The notes beneath the pieces are model-generated. The model was not told where the DNA came from. It worked only from the letters and a program-made list of their open reading frames with translations, and made no database searches. Both the position numbers and the translations under genes were made by a program. From Callorhinchus milii (taxonomy: Eukaryota), in NCBI RefSeq assembly GCF_018977255.1, contig NW_024704743.1, forward strand, positions 90,150,001-90,214,000: a DNA stretch of 64,000 bases, given 5' to 3'. Shown piece after piece: positions 52,111 to 64,000 of this stretch; the stretch's first letter is position 1, and each line of letters opens with the position of its first letter.

Positions 52111-54434
52111 GTTTCAGTCAATGTGAGATGAAATTTGTGTTTAATAACATATGTTATGAAACACTGTAAAATTCACAAATGCCAAATTGTGCAAATTGTA
52201 ATATAGCATCCTCTGTATGTTTCTAGATTGAATATGAGCAGGTCAGTTCAATCTTTCAGTCATATTATCCTTAAATCTGCTGTACAGTATGCTGAATCCA
52301 TTATTATATTTTTTCAGTCAGTTTGGTGCTTTGTTTCTCCAATCCTTCTCAACGTTTGAATAGCCCCATTTGAGCTCAAATATAAAAACTGCCCTGGAAT
52401 AGTGAATGCTGCATTATGACCAGTGAGACATAAAGAATGTCTCTCATAGTCGTATCCTCAAATCAAGATGCAATGTACACACCTGAGTTTCAATATGCTT
52501 TCCTTCAAATTAGCACAGCAATGCATTTGCAAACCCTGTATAAATAAATAATGCAGGGTAAAGTATGCTCTATATTCTGATACGAACAATGATCAGTTTC
52601 ATCCTGTGGGCCTGTGCCTGCTTGGAACTGGTGTGTAGCTAGCTAACATTTCCTCACAAGGCAAACTTGCACGAATGTTCATGGCTACTTGTCGGATGTT
52701 GCTTTGCGCAAATTGGCTTCTGGTTCGCCTGCAAAATAGTCACTACACTTTATAGTGTTGTCCAATAGAAATCGCCAACTAGCCACAGGTCTGGCTTCAG
52801 TGACACTGCTTTAGTCATATGCAGTAAATTTAGTAGAAAACGCCAATTCAGTTAAGTGCACCTCACATGCATGTTTACATGTAAGTTTATTTCGGAAACA
52901 TTTACTGAACAAACATCTACCGCTAGTCAGTGTGGCTCTTTATAGTCTTCTTTATTTTTCTTTTGCGAGATGCACCAGAACTCCCCGTTTCTCTCCTAGA
53001 ACGTGTTTGGATACTGTTTGCCCTTTGCCATGATGAGCGCTGTTGGAGCTGCTGGTTATTGGCTGGGCTTCCCTTCTTATCCTGCCTGGAGCAGTTATTC
53101 CGGTCCCTCGAGCTGACTACGATTGACAGCTCCCCTTCTCTGTACAATATCCCTGATGTTTCCATGCTGCTGAAACCCGGCATTTCCACTCGTGTTACAC
53201 ACCATTTTAGCAGATAACCAATAAGCAGTAACCACGGAAGTAAAGCACACGCAACAAGCAAAAGACACTCACACACTTTGCTTTCCGTCTTACCGGTTTA
53301 CCAATAAGCACAAAAAAAGATCAACGTACACATGAATACACCGTGCGAATATGAGTATTCAGATCAAATGCCCAACAATTGTGTCTATTACTCATTTTTT
53401 AATTAAAAAGGCAATTTAGCCACATCTGGAATCACAATTCACCACATGTGACTAGTGGCTAACGTATTGGAGAACCCTGCTTTACAGTCAATCCTGTGAA
53501 GTGCTTTGAGCCATTCTTCTGATGTGAAAGGTGCTATATCAAATACTAGGAGTATTATTATTTAACACATTTTTTGGGCGAGCTGTATTGAATACTAAAG
53601 CTAAAGTATTTCTGTACGTGACTGTCTTCTGCTTTAGTCAGATGTTACCACAATCCATGTCAGCAACAAGGAGTAAGACTTGTTCACTATAATTCTCAAA
53701 ATGTAACGTATCTCCTTAACAGTTTCCAGCTACTTCTCTGCAGTGCTTAATCAATGTCATATGAATGAGCAATCAGTTCTGAAACTTGACAAATAGTAAC
53801 AGCATTTGTTAATACATCCATTGAACCATAGATATTTACAGCACAGAAAGAGGCCATTCAGCCCACTGTGCCTGTACTCTCTGAAATTTTGGCATATATT
53901 TTGTCATAATATGCAGACTTCGTATCCGGAAGTATGCCATCCACTCCAATGCAATATATAACTTACATTTGTATTGTAACTTCCATGTAAAATAAATTTT
54001 CAAAGGACTTGACAGAATGAGATTAATTAGAAATAAAGGAAGCCATGTTAAAATAGACAAATGTGACAGCAAATTTACATCAGCCCCAAACAATATGTGA
54101 TGACTGCCCAATTAATCTGAATTGTTGGGAGTGAATTAGGACAAGGAAAGAAGATAAAGCAGGACAATCAGGAAAAACTCTCCACGATGTGTAAGATGAT
54201 CTAATGAAAGAATCCTCATTTGCAACTTGGAATCCTTATTAAGAAATTGCTGTATTTTGGACCCAGATATATATTTTCTCCATATGATTTCTTCCATTCC
54301 ACAAAAACTTTCAATGTACATCTGGACCTTTGATATAGCTTAATCTATGAGCTGTTGGGACTCCTTACCATTGTAACATTTTACTACTTGGACACAGGAA
54401 GGTTGGAGCTAAAATGTTCTCACAATGCCATTAT

Positions 54435-55806
54435 AGTAATAATTCCTTCAAAAATAATGATAGTAAATTGGTCACTTCAATCCACAACTGTTTGTGGGAC
54501 ACTACTGTGCACAATTGGCTGTCACATTTCACCCACAAAATATACATTTACTTTACAGTATATTCTGTGAAGCGCTTTGAGACATCTCGGAGACGTGATA
54601 AGGCATAAATGAAATTCAAGGATTATTAATATTATAATGATGATAGGTGAGTGATACACTTAGAGTGGAAATCATACGTTTTTTTTAAAAAATGTGTGGT
54701 GGCTCATTATTAGTAATAATAATCTTTGCATTTGATATAACATCTTATCACATCACTGAGACGTCTCAATGTACTTTGCAGAACATATTGTGAAGTGTAG
54801 CAACTGTGTATTTTGTGTGCAAAATGCAGCAGTCAATTGCGCACAGCAGTGTCCCACAATCAGCCATGGAGTGAGTGACCGATTTTATTTGGGGATTGTC
54901 GGCCAGGACATTGAGAGAGAGAGAAGCCTTGCTCCACAGCCTCATTGTCATGTCCGGTAGATATTTGGTAAGTGAGGTTGTGCCCACTAACCACCCACTA
55001 AGCTAAATTAACTGAATCAAGTTCCTCAAACGGGAACATAGGTTGTCCCCCCAGACAACCATTTTCTTCCCAAATCTAAGTCCCAAATCGTCAAAGGACA
55101 ACACAGACCTTATTTCCTACTCATGACCACTCAAGCAAGTCAGTGACTAGATCACATAGCTCCACCCTCCACAAATAAATCATGGGAAGGTTTGGATCTT
55201 GGCATCCTTACAAGAACGATCCTCAAAGGGAGAGCACTTGCAGGCACATAGCCCAAGGAATAACTGATAAGAATAGATACTACACTAATAAAATAATCCT
55301 AGTATTTGATATAGTACCTTATCACGTCTTTACGACATCTCAAAGCGCTTCACAGTTAGTGTAAATTGAATTGACTGTATATTTTGTGGGCGAAACGAGG
55401 CAGCCAATTGCGCACAGCAGTGTCCCACAAACATCGTGGATTGAGTGACCATTTATTATTAATTGTTTTTAAGGAATTATTACCCCGGAAAAGCGATCCG
55501 CCATTCGACAAACAACCGGGGTTCCTAATTACTGCTTGGTAAACAGAGATGTGTGGAGTAAGGAAACTTGCTCAAAATTTCGTCCTGCCGGGATTCGAAC
55601 TCAGATCTCTCGCTTGCGAGGTGAGCGCTCTAACCACTGAGCTACAGGACTCCTCGTGATAATGAAAGTGTGCTGTGCATAAACTGGCTACGACATTTCA
55701 CTCACAAAATACACTGAATCCACTTTACAGTATATCCTCTAAAGCACTTTGAGATGTCTTGACCACATGATAAGGCGCTATATCAAAATGCAAGAATTAT
55801 TGTTAT
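54435..55806. mobile_element. Cluster of four SINE copies: 54435-54635 (+), 54712-54910 (-), 55286-55652 (-, full length), 55670-55806 (+)
   Basis: Each has the Deu-type body and/or caaatgcaagga tail; 55286-55652 has an intact tRNA head. Confidence 0.85.
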
Positions 55807-56170
55807 TAAAAGGCAAGAAGTGTTACTCACTTAAAGGATACAATTAATCTCTTTGCAAAATGATTGGTTGTTTACAAAATCCAGTCACTAACCCATAGAT
55901 ATTTGGTGGTACCACAGTGGGCTACCACACTAATTAGTAGATCAAGTGCATAATATGTAACCTTTTCATTTAAAAAATTGTTACCAATTTACATACCATA
56001 TCTTTACAAAGGAATTACAGCGGGAGGAGAACCTCAACATGTCCACACGCAACCCTTTAAGGTACACTCCCTACCCAAACTGCATTGACCTCACTGCACC
56101 ATATACATTACAATCCTACAAATTATCAGAACATCTCTCATTTTAAAATGTTAGGAACATGGTGGCGACA

Positions 56171-56434
56171 AATAATAATAATAATAATAATCCTTGCATT
56201 TGATATAGCGCTTTTCACGTCGGGAGGACGTCCCAAAGCGCTTCACAGAACACACTGTAAAGTGAATTGACTGTATATTTGTGGGCGAACGCGGCAGCCA
56301 ATTGCGCACAGCAATGTCCCACAAACAGTCGTAGATTGAAAATGACCAATTTAATTATTGTTTTTTTTTTTGGAGGGATTATTATTAGGCGTGTGGAGTA
56401 AGGAAACTTGCCCAAGGTTTCGCCCTGCCTGGAA
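56171..56434 (-). mobile_element. Young 5'-truncated SINE (short subfamily)
   Basis: Near-identical to 4594-4852. Confidence 0.9.
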
Positions 56435-57094
56435 ATGTGGTTTGTGATATGATAATTATAAGGGGTATCATTTCAAAAGGTGGATTAAACTGTTATTCCC
56501 TGAACCAGCACTGAAATGTTGGGATCTGTGCAGAAGCAGGTTCAAAACCATTGGTGGATGGCTTAACAGCTGCAGCAAACAACTTTTGGCAGAAACCGTT
56601 TAAAGAAAGTCAGTGGAGGAGAGATTCCCCTGTGTGAGTTATTAACTGGGATATCTCCTGGAATGGATGATCCCAAGATTGGATCAAACCACATGCCCCA
56701 TTTTAACCCCATGTATTTGAAAATAATAATAATCCTTACATTTGATGTAATTCATGCTAAATTGTCTCCATCCTACCAATGAGATGTTAAATTAAGGTCC
56801 CATTGGCACTGAAAAGAGAAAGGAGATAACCCTGGTGTCCTGGCCAATAATTCTCCAAAATAAAATTGTCATTCTCTTCATGGCTGTTTCATGGGCCATT
56901 GTTGTGTGTAAATTAGCCATCTTGTTCACATATAAAATATAGTCACAGTAAATTCTGTGAAGCTCTTTGAGACGTCCACTTTTTGGGAAAGGCACTGTAT
57001 CAAATGCAGGGGGTGGGGGAGAGGGTGACAATAACTAAAATTACAGTCAAAGAGGTTACGTCTTTAAACAGACCTTAAGTTCGACCCCCAATTA

Positions 57095-57778
57095 TCCTTC
57101 CTCCCCCACATCTGGTCCCTCACCAGCACCGCCTTCTTCCACCTCTGACGCATCGCCCATCTCCGCCAATACCTCTCCCCAAAAGTCGCTGAAACCCTGG
57201 TCAATGCCTTTGTCACCTCTCGGCTGGGCTACTCCAACGCCCTCCTCGCCGGTCTCCCATCCACTACCATCCATAAAATTCAAATCATTCAAAACTCTGC
57301 CGCCGAAACTCACCCACATGAAACTCCACTCCCCGATCATCCCAGTCCTTGCCAGACTGCACTGGCTGCCTATTCCAGAGAGGATCGATTTCAAGATCCT
57401 CACCCTTGTATTCAAGTCCCTGCACTCCTCTGCACCCCCTACCTCTCTGACCTCCTCTCTCCTCAAAACAGTACCCATTGCCTTCGTTCCTCCGGGTCTG
57501 GCCTCCTCCTCGTCCCCCGAGTCTTCTGCTCCACCCTCGGCGGCCGTGCCTTCAGCCACTATGCCCCGAGGCTCTGGAACTCCCTTCCTCACTCCCTTCG
57601 TCTCGCTCCCTCCCTTCCCATTTTCAGGTCTCTGCTGAAGACCTTTCTTTTCGACCGCGCCTTTGGTCACCTACTTCCCCCTCCCCCTGGCTCGGTCCCG
57701 GGATCCGTGACCGTAAAGTGCTCTGAGACGCCGTCCGGCGTGGAGAGCGCTATATAAATCCAAGTTGTTGTTGTTGTT
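57095..57778 (+). mobile_element. L2 3' fragment (caagttgttg-tail subfamily)
   Basis: [26 protein letters not shown]; last 280 bp near-identical to 36601-36886. Confidence 0.9.
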
Positions 57779-59461
57779 AAGTGAGGTGAGAGAGGGAGCA
57801 AAAATACAAATTACAAAATAATTAGTAGTTCAAGTGCATGATATGTACCTTCTTTTAAAAAAAAATAATTTGTCAGCAATATACATACTGTGCCTGTACA
57901 AAGAAATTACAGTGGAAAGAGATTCCTGGAAGTGCTTTCTGTTCACATATGCCCCTAGGACTACACAAAGAAATTCAGTCCAGTCTAAATTCCAGCTGTT
58001 TGAAAGCTGAACCACTGCAATTCCCCTCAGACACCAACTTCATGGAAATCGAACTGAGATCCGTGTCCAAGTGGAAGTCGGTTGTGACACACCCGGAATT
58101 GCTAGTTATTGATGCTTTATCAACTATCAACTCCTGCAACTATCAACTATCCATATAACATGATATTCTACCTGGAGGGAGGAAATCTGACTTTTCCTAG
58201 TTGGCTGGCAACTGCTCCAATGAAGATATGTTACGGGAGATGTTGCCATTCCCGGAACAGCTCTGAGTACTTTAATACAAAAGGGTGCTGTAGACCAATC
58301 TATAAGCTGACTCAGAACCACACAAGGAAAGTCCAATACACTGTGGGTATTGAAGCATACTCACACTGCCCGGCCTCCTGGAGTCACATGGCTCCAAATT
58401 GACGCTTTATCTCCAAATCTACGCTTGTGCACATCACCCACCCCAGCAAAGAAAATGAAGCCACTTCGAGATATATCCAATTTATTCCTGTAACACATGC
58501 AGCCTGCACAAATGCAGCCTTACATTCAGCTGATGATTCATTTGATAAAGAAACAGATCAGTTATTTTGTATTTGAACCCGTGGCATTATTCAAAGAGAA
58601 GGGAGCTTCTCCCAGTGTCCGGGCCAGAAATCCCCCAAATAGAAATTGGTCATTCAGTTTATGGCTTTCTGTGGGATTTTGCTATGCACAAATTGGCTGC
58701 TGCATCCACCTACAAAATACAAAAATACACTTTATAGTAAATCCTGTAAAGCGGTTTGAGATGCCTTTGCGATTCGAAAGGTGCCATATCAAATGCAAGC
58801 ATTATTTTATTATAGTTTGACTTTGACCTCGGACGATAACCATGCAATGCAAGGCATTAAACACCTTCAAACCAATCTTTGAAAGACACTCAGACACATG
58901 TCTGTGGGCATATTTGAAGACAACACTGAGCATGCAAATCAAACCATTATTTTTAACATATAATTCTGTTAACCTCATCAAAATGCAGAAAAATAAACGA
59001 AAGCACTTCGCACACTATCAACACCAGATGGAGTAACAACAACAACAAAGTTACATTTGTATAGTGCCTTTCACGTTGGGAGGACTACCCAAGGCGCTGG
59101 ACAGACAGAGTTACGGACCCGAGCTGAGAGGGGAAGGGTAGGGGGGGAAGCAGGGAGATCGAAAGCGCATATTTTTCTGCTGTTTTTGTAAAAAAGATTT
59201 AAAACTGTTACATTTTTTCTATGTAGTAAATAAAGAAAATAGATTCAGCAGCTGATGTAGTGTGTAAAGTACAGCAGTCTCAATATATGAAATATCTCAC
59301 TTGAAGGTGAAACATCAGAGGTTATTCTGCTCCATTCATCCATCCAATGAATTTGTTTAAGGGGACTGACTGCACTTATGTTAGCTTCACTAACTAGGAG
59401 ATTTGTAATCAGGCTTTTATAAATAACCATAACACAATTTTACATACAATTTAATTTTACA

Positions 59462-59818
59462 GAGTCTTGTAGTTTAGTGGTTAGAGCACTTGCCTCACAA
59501 AAGAGTTCAATTCCTAGGCATGGCGAAGTGTTGGACACATTTCTTTGCTCCACACCCCTGTTTGCCTAGCAGTAAGTTAGTCGATTGGCGGATTGCTTTT
59601 CCAGGGTTAATAATCTCTCCAAATTTTTTTAAAAAAATAATCTGGTCACTCTATCCACGATTGTTTGTGGGACACAGCTGTGTCCAATTAGCTGCCGTGT
59701 TTTGACATAAAAAATATACAGTCAATTTACTTTGCAATATATTTTGTGAAGCACTTTGAGACATCTAGAAGACGTGATAAGGCACTGTATCAAACGCAAG
59801 GATTAGTGTTATTATTAT
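59462..59818 (+). mobile_element. Full-length SINE (long subfamily)
   Basis: gagtcttgtagtttagtggttagagc head through gcaaggattag tail. Confidence 0.85.
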
Positions 59819-60784
59819 GCCATATTGATATAATGCTGCATGTAATACTTGCTACTGGTAATGAAGTTGCTTTGCTCCCGTCAGTAAAGACTGAGTTGCT
59901 TCACATCGCTTTGAGTTTGAGCTTACCCCTACCTTCTTTGGCATTTTGAGGGGGTGCACTTTTTGCATGCACAGAACACTGAAATGGCTGTGTATTTTTT
60001 TAAATGATATTAAAGACAATGTCACTAGATCAGCTTTTTGATACTATTTTGTTACCATCTGTCCTTGAAAATTCCTGGTGATCCAACAGATCTTTCGAGA
60101 CTTTGAAGAGTTCACAAGGCGATAGTGAACGCAGTGCAATTCGCACCCACAACATTTATGCTGCAGCAGGATTGAATCACACAGCTCCAGTTACTACCTT
60201 ATGTGGGTGGTGTCAAGAGCAGGGCTCCAGCACAATATGCCAGTTATACATCACGCTGGGTCGTGCATTGCAACCAGAATTGCAGTTCCACACCACTAAA
60301 TGCACAGTATAAATGCACTAATAATGAACGGAGCAGAATTGCAATTAGCCCCTATTGTGAAGCTCCTTAACCCAAATTACAGTAGAAAATGGGGTATACT
60401 CGAATCAGAAGTCACAGACACAGCTGGTATTTTGTCCCAACAAACGGTGGGGAAGCAAACTCCCAGCTGTAAAACAATCCTTACCTTCTAGCCTTCAGGA
60501 ACATTATTTTTTGTGAATTACATATCAAATCCTATTAATGTAATTCACAAATCAGCAGTCGCTATGAGCAAAGCAGCTTTCAGTTTGCCAACACTGCATT
60601 TTCAACCCCATTTTCTGCCCAGTGTGGGTTCTCCATTTCTACATCAGGAAAATGTCAAACGTCTTAGAATTTTCCCCCTCCTTTAACCTTTAGGTTTTCC
60701 ATCACTGTACAAAAATATACCACAACTTCCATCCTTTCAAAAAGTGGGCCCCAATCAATCTCCTCCCCAACCCTCCCCAAAAGT

Positions 60785-61447
60785 AGCAACAACAACAACA
60801 TGCATTTATATAGCACTCTACCCCTGGACAGCGTCTCAGTGCACGTAACAATGGTGGAGCCCAAAGGCCGAGCCAGGGAAAGGGGGAAGGTGACCGTAGG
60901 CGCAGCCGAAGAGGAAGGTCTTCAGACCCGACCCGAAGATGGGAAGGAGGGGGCGAGACGAAGGGGTTGAGGGAGGGAGTTCCAAAGTTTTCCGAAGTGT
61001 AGTGGCTGAAGGCATGGCCGCCGATGGTGGAGCGGTGGATTCAGGGAACGTGGAGGAGGCCGGACCCAGTAAAGCGGAGGCAGCGGGTACTGCTGTGGGG
61101 AGAGAGATTAGAGAGATGGGGGGGTTGCCAAGGAATGGAGGGATTTAAACACGAGAGTGAGGATCTTGAATTCGATCCACTCTGTGACAGGGAGCCAGTG
61201 GAGATTGGCAAGGACTGGAGTAATCAAGGTATGAAGTTTGGTGCGGGTAAGAATGCAGGCGGCGGAGTTTTGAATGAGCTGAATTTTGTGGATAGTAGAG
61301 GAGGGGAGACCGGTGAGGAGGGCGTTAGAGTAGTCTAGCTGAGAGGTGACAAAGGCATGGACAAGGTTTCGGCAGCTTTTGGGGTGAGGTATTGTCGGAG
61401 AAGGGCAATGTGGCGGAGGTGGAAGAAAGCGGTGCTGATCAGGGACT
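60785..61447 (-). mobile_element. L2 3' fragment
   Basis: Reverse complement resembles 57095-57778; (caa)n tail at 60785. Confidence 0.88.
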
Positions 61448-61878
61448 CACACTCAGTGTATCTCAAAAAGCTGCATTTTTATTTTTGCCTTCTTAATTAA
61501 ATATATCTGTTTAAATTATTTAATTTTATATATATCCCTGTCTGCCATTTCATTGACGGCAGACAGGAAATTTCCTCCCAGGAATCTTTAGCATTCCGGG
61601 TGTGTAACTAGATTTTGTTTGGCTCGTCAGACAAGTAGAGTTGCAATGTTGCACGATTACACCGGACTCAAGATACAGTTTACATCTGAAATTTTGATTC
61701 CTTTACCATTTTTCATTACTTCTATGGCAATATTTACAGGGTTAAAGTTTGTGATTGGGCTTAAAATCGTCGGCGTCAATTGTGGACCACTGTGTGGCAG
61801 CACCTAACCCCCCTTGGCAAGTGGTCTGTTCCCTTTTAGATCTCAACCTTTTCCACTTTGGTATGACTGAACCAATGA

Positions 61879-62537
61879 TAAGTCGATTGGCGGATCGCTT
61901 TTCTGGGGGTAATAATTCCTATGAAAAATAAATTGGTCACTTCAATCCACGACTGTTTGTGGGATACTGCTGGGCTTAACTGGCTGCTGCATTTCGCCCA
62001 CAAAATATACAGTCAATTCACTTTACAGTATATTCTGCGAAGCGCTTTGAGACGTTGCGAAGATGTGATAAGGTGCTATATCAAATGCAAGGATTGTTAA
62101 TATTATTATTATTTTATTATTATTATTAAGGTACTCCTGGAGTTTAGCCAGCTAAACTTTGTGGAGTCCTGCAGCTTAATGGTTAGAGCATTAGCCTCGC
62201 AAGTGAGAGGACCTGGGTTCAATTTCCAGGCAGGATGAAAAGTTGGGCAAGTTTCCTTAATCCACACGCCTCTGTTTGCCTAGCAGTAAGTAAGAACCCG
62301 GTTGTTAGTCAATTGGCAGATCGCTTTTGCAGGGGTAATAATCCCTTAAAAATAAACATATATTAAAAAAAATGGAATTTGGTCACTCAAACCATTTTCT
62401 GTGCGCAATTGGCTGCCACATTTTGCCCACAAAATATACAGTCAATTCACTTCACACTATATTCTGTGAAACGCTTTGAGATGTCTCAAAGGCGTGATAA
62501 AGCTCTATATCAAATGCAAGGTTTATTATTATTATTA
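61879..62537 (+). mobile_element. Two tandem SINEs: 61879-62128 (5'-truncated) and 62164-62537 (full length, long subfamily)
   Basis: tRNA head at 62164, (tta)n tails at about 62100-62128 and 62523-62537. Confidence 0.88.
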
Positions 62538-62564
62538 GAAACTGCCGAGACCAATGTCTGGCAG

Positions 62565-62740
62565 GCTTCCCATTGTTTGTCCAATTTCGACTACCCTACC
62601 CATTACAGCTTTGGCTTGCAGGGTTAACAGGAACTGAGTGGGAAGAATCCCTCCTCCCTATGACTGGTCTTCCCGTCCAAATCCTGCTGACAAGCAAGGC
62701 TGGCTGGTGTGCCATCAGCAATACCCTGGGCATCAGTGAA
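62565..62740 (+). repeat. Family X copy
   Basis: ctttggcttgcagggttaacaggaactgagtgggaagaatcc matches 25175-25215 and the reverse complement of 1190-1228. Confidence 0.75.
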
Positions 62741-64000
62741 CTCACAGCTTACATTTACAAACTGCTGAAAAATATCATGGTAATTATCCAGTTAGGATCA
62801 TCCCATTAGCTTGGAGTTTGGAACATTGACAGCACATCTACCCCTCAAAGTCTCAGTGATCATATAGACTGGTTGATTGCCCATCAGCAATGCTGGATTA
62901 CTGCAGACCGGCTTTTCTGAGTCAGGCAAATCTTCTCAGAGCCAGGTAAAGACTAGGGAACATGCTCAGCTCTCCACCTGCATCCCTAACCCTTTCCCCT
63001 CTCCCACGGAAGTTGTACTTTATGTTTATGGTATTAATTTTATCAATCTCAAAAGACTGATACACCAAATAAAGAGCAAAATAAGGTAAGAGAGAACAAA
63101 TTAGCAATGTTTTCATCCCCTCTAAAGTGGCATTACTCAAATGATCATATTACATGAAAGGCACAATACAAGCGCAGGTTCTTGTTGAAGACAGCATCTC
63201 AAGTATATGTCATGACTGAGACTAGAAACAGTGACCACAAAAGTGCAAAGCCAGCACTTAAAAAGGCACCACGCAACATCACGTTTAGATACTTCAGGCA
63301 GGAATTAATGTCCACTTGGGTTTTCTTCTTCTGTCGCTCTCAAACCTGGATTCAAGGTCTCATTTCTCTTGGCTAAAATCATGCAGCATGGACACTGAAA
63401 GCTATTTCCACATCACATCAAAGGAAGCCAAATGCCTTGTATTTTCTTAACAGCGGTGGAAATCTCAGGCTCAAAGGCAAGCGTTTCCACAGTATAAATT
63501 ATATTTTCAAGATTTCTAGGATTCCTATAATTTTTAATGTGATTTTTAATGACTCTCTACTGTTACCATTTATTTTCTTCCTGTTTTAGGTTCCCTCGTG
63601 TTGAGAGTGGCTTGGATGACCTGCCTGTAGCTGTGCAACCAGTAGAAGGTAGGTTAGCCTGACCAGGGCGACTTGATCCCTGATATTTTCCCTAATCCTG
63701 TGCTCACTGGGAGCCTCTCCTCCTCTGCAACAATCTGGAAATCTGGAAGCCTTGAGGATACCATTGTGTATGATCAAAATTCAATCAAAAAGCTGTGATC
63801 AAAATTCGTTGCAAACNAAAAATATTTTACAGAGGATGTATGCTCACAAACCATCAGCTACACACAGCAACATGTACTGCAATCTACCCAAGCACCCCCG
63901 CCCCCCACTAACAATAAATCAATAAATAGTAAATAGGGGCTGTATGTATTGCACGCCCCAAACCTATATAATCAGAGCAAAGGTAACAGAACAGGCCCAC

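Noticed and set aside
52930..53217. Plus-strand hydrophobic 95-aa ORF
   Set aside because: Non-ATG start, antisense to RIMS2, no recognisable similarity.

Overview
Vertebrate genomic DNA. The repeat content (tRNA-derived Deu-type SINEs with TTA tails, L2 LINEs with TTG tails, CR1, Penelope-type terminal repeats) suggests a cartilaginous fish, plausibly a chimaera such as Callorhinchus; this is inference. The whole window lies inside the minus-strand RIMS2 (RIM2, presynaptic active-zone scaffold) gene. Two constitutive coding exons are clear: 40433-40099 (end of the zinc finger) and 13453-12504. A RIM2beta-type alternative first exon (31852-31728) was missed by the ORF track. Phase-compatible candidate exons lie at 30201-29981, 6181-6093 and, weakly, 45842-45813. 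The rest is intron, rich in nested SINE/L2/CR1 insertions and minisatellites. The most unusual structure is a 305-bp insertion (47045-47349) bounded by a perfect 14-bp target duplication. It consists of two inverted Penelope-type repeats, one carrying an intact-looking minimal hammerhead ribozyme, that enclose a captured copy of intron sequence from about 750 bp away. There is also a near-perfect 121-bp-arm inverted repeat (21536-21811) and several pre-miRNA-sized hairpins. Repeat boundaries were judged by eye and are approximate unless stated. Family names come from recognition, not database searches.
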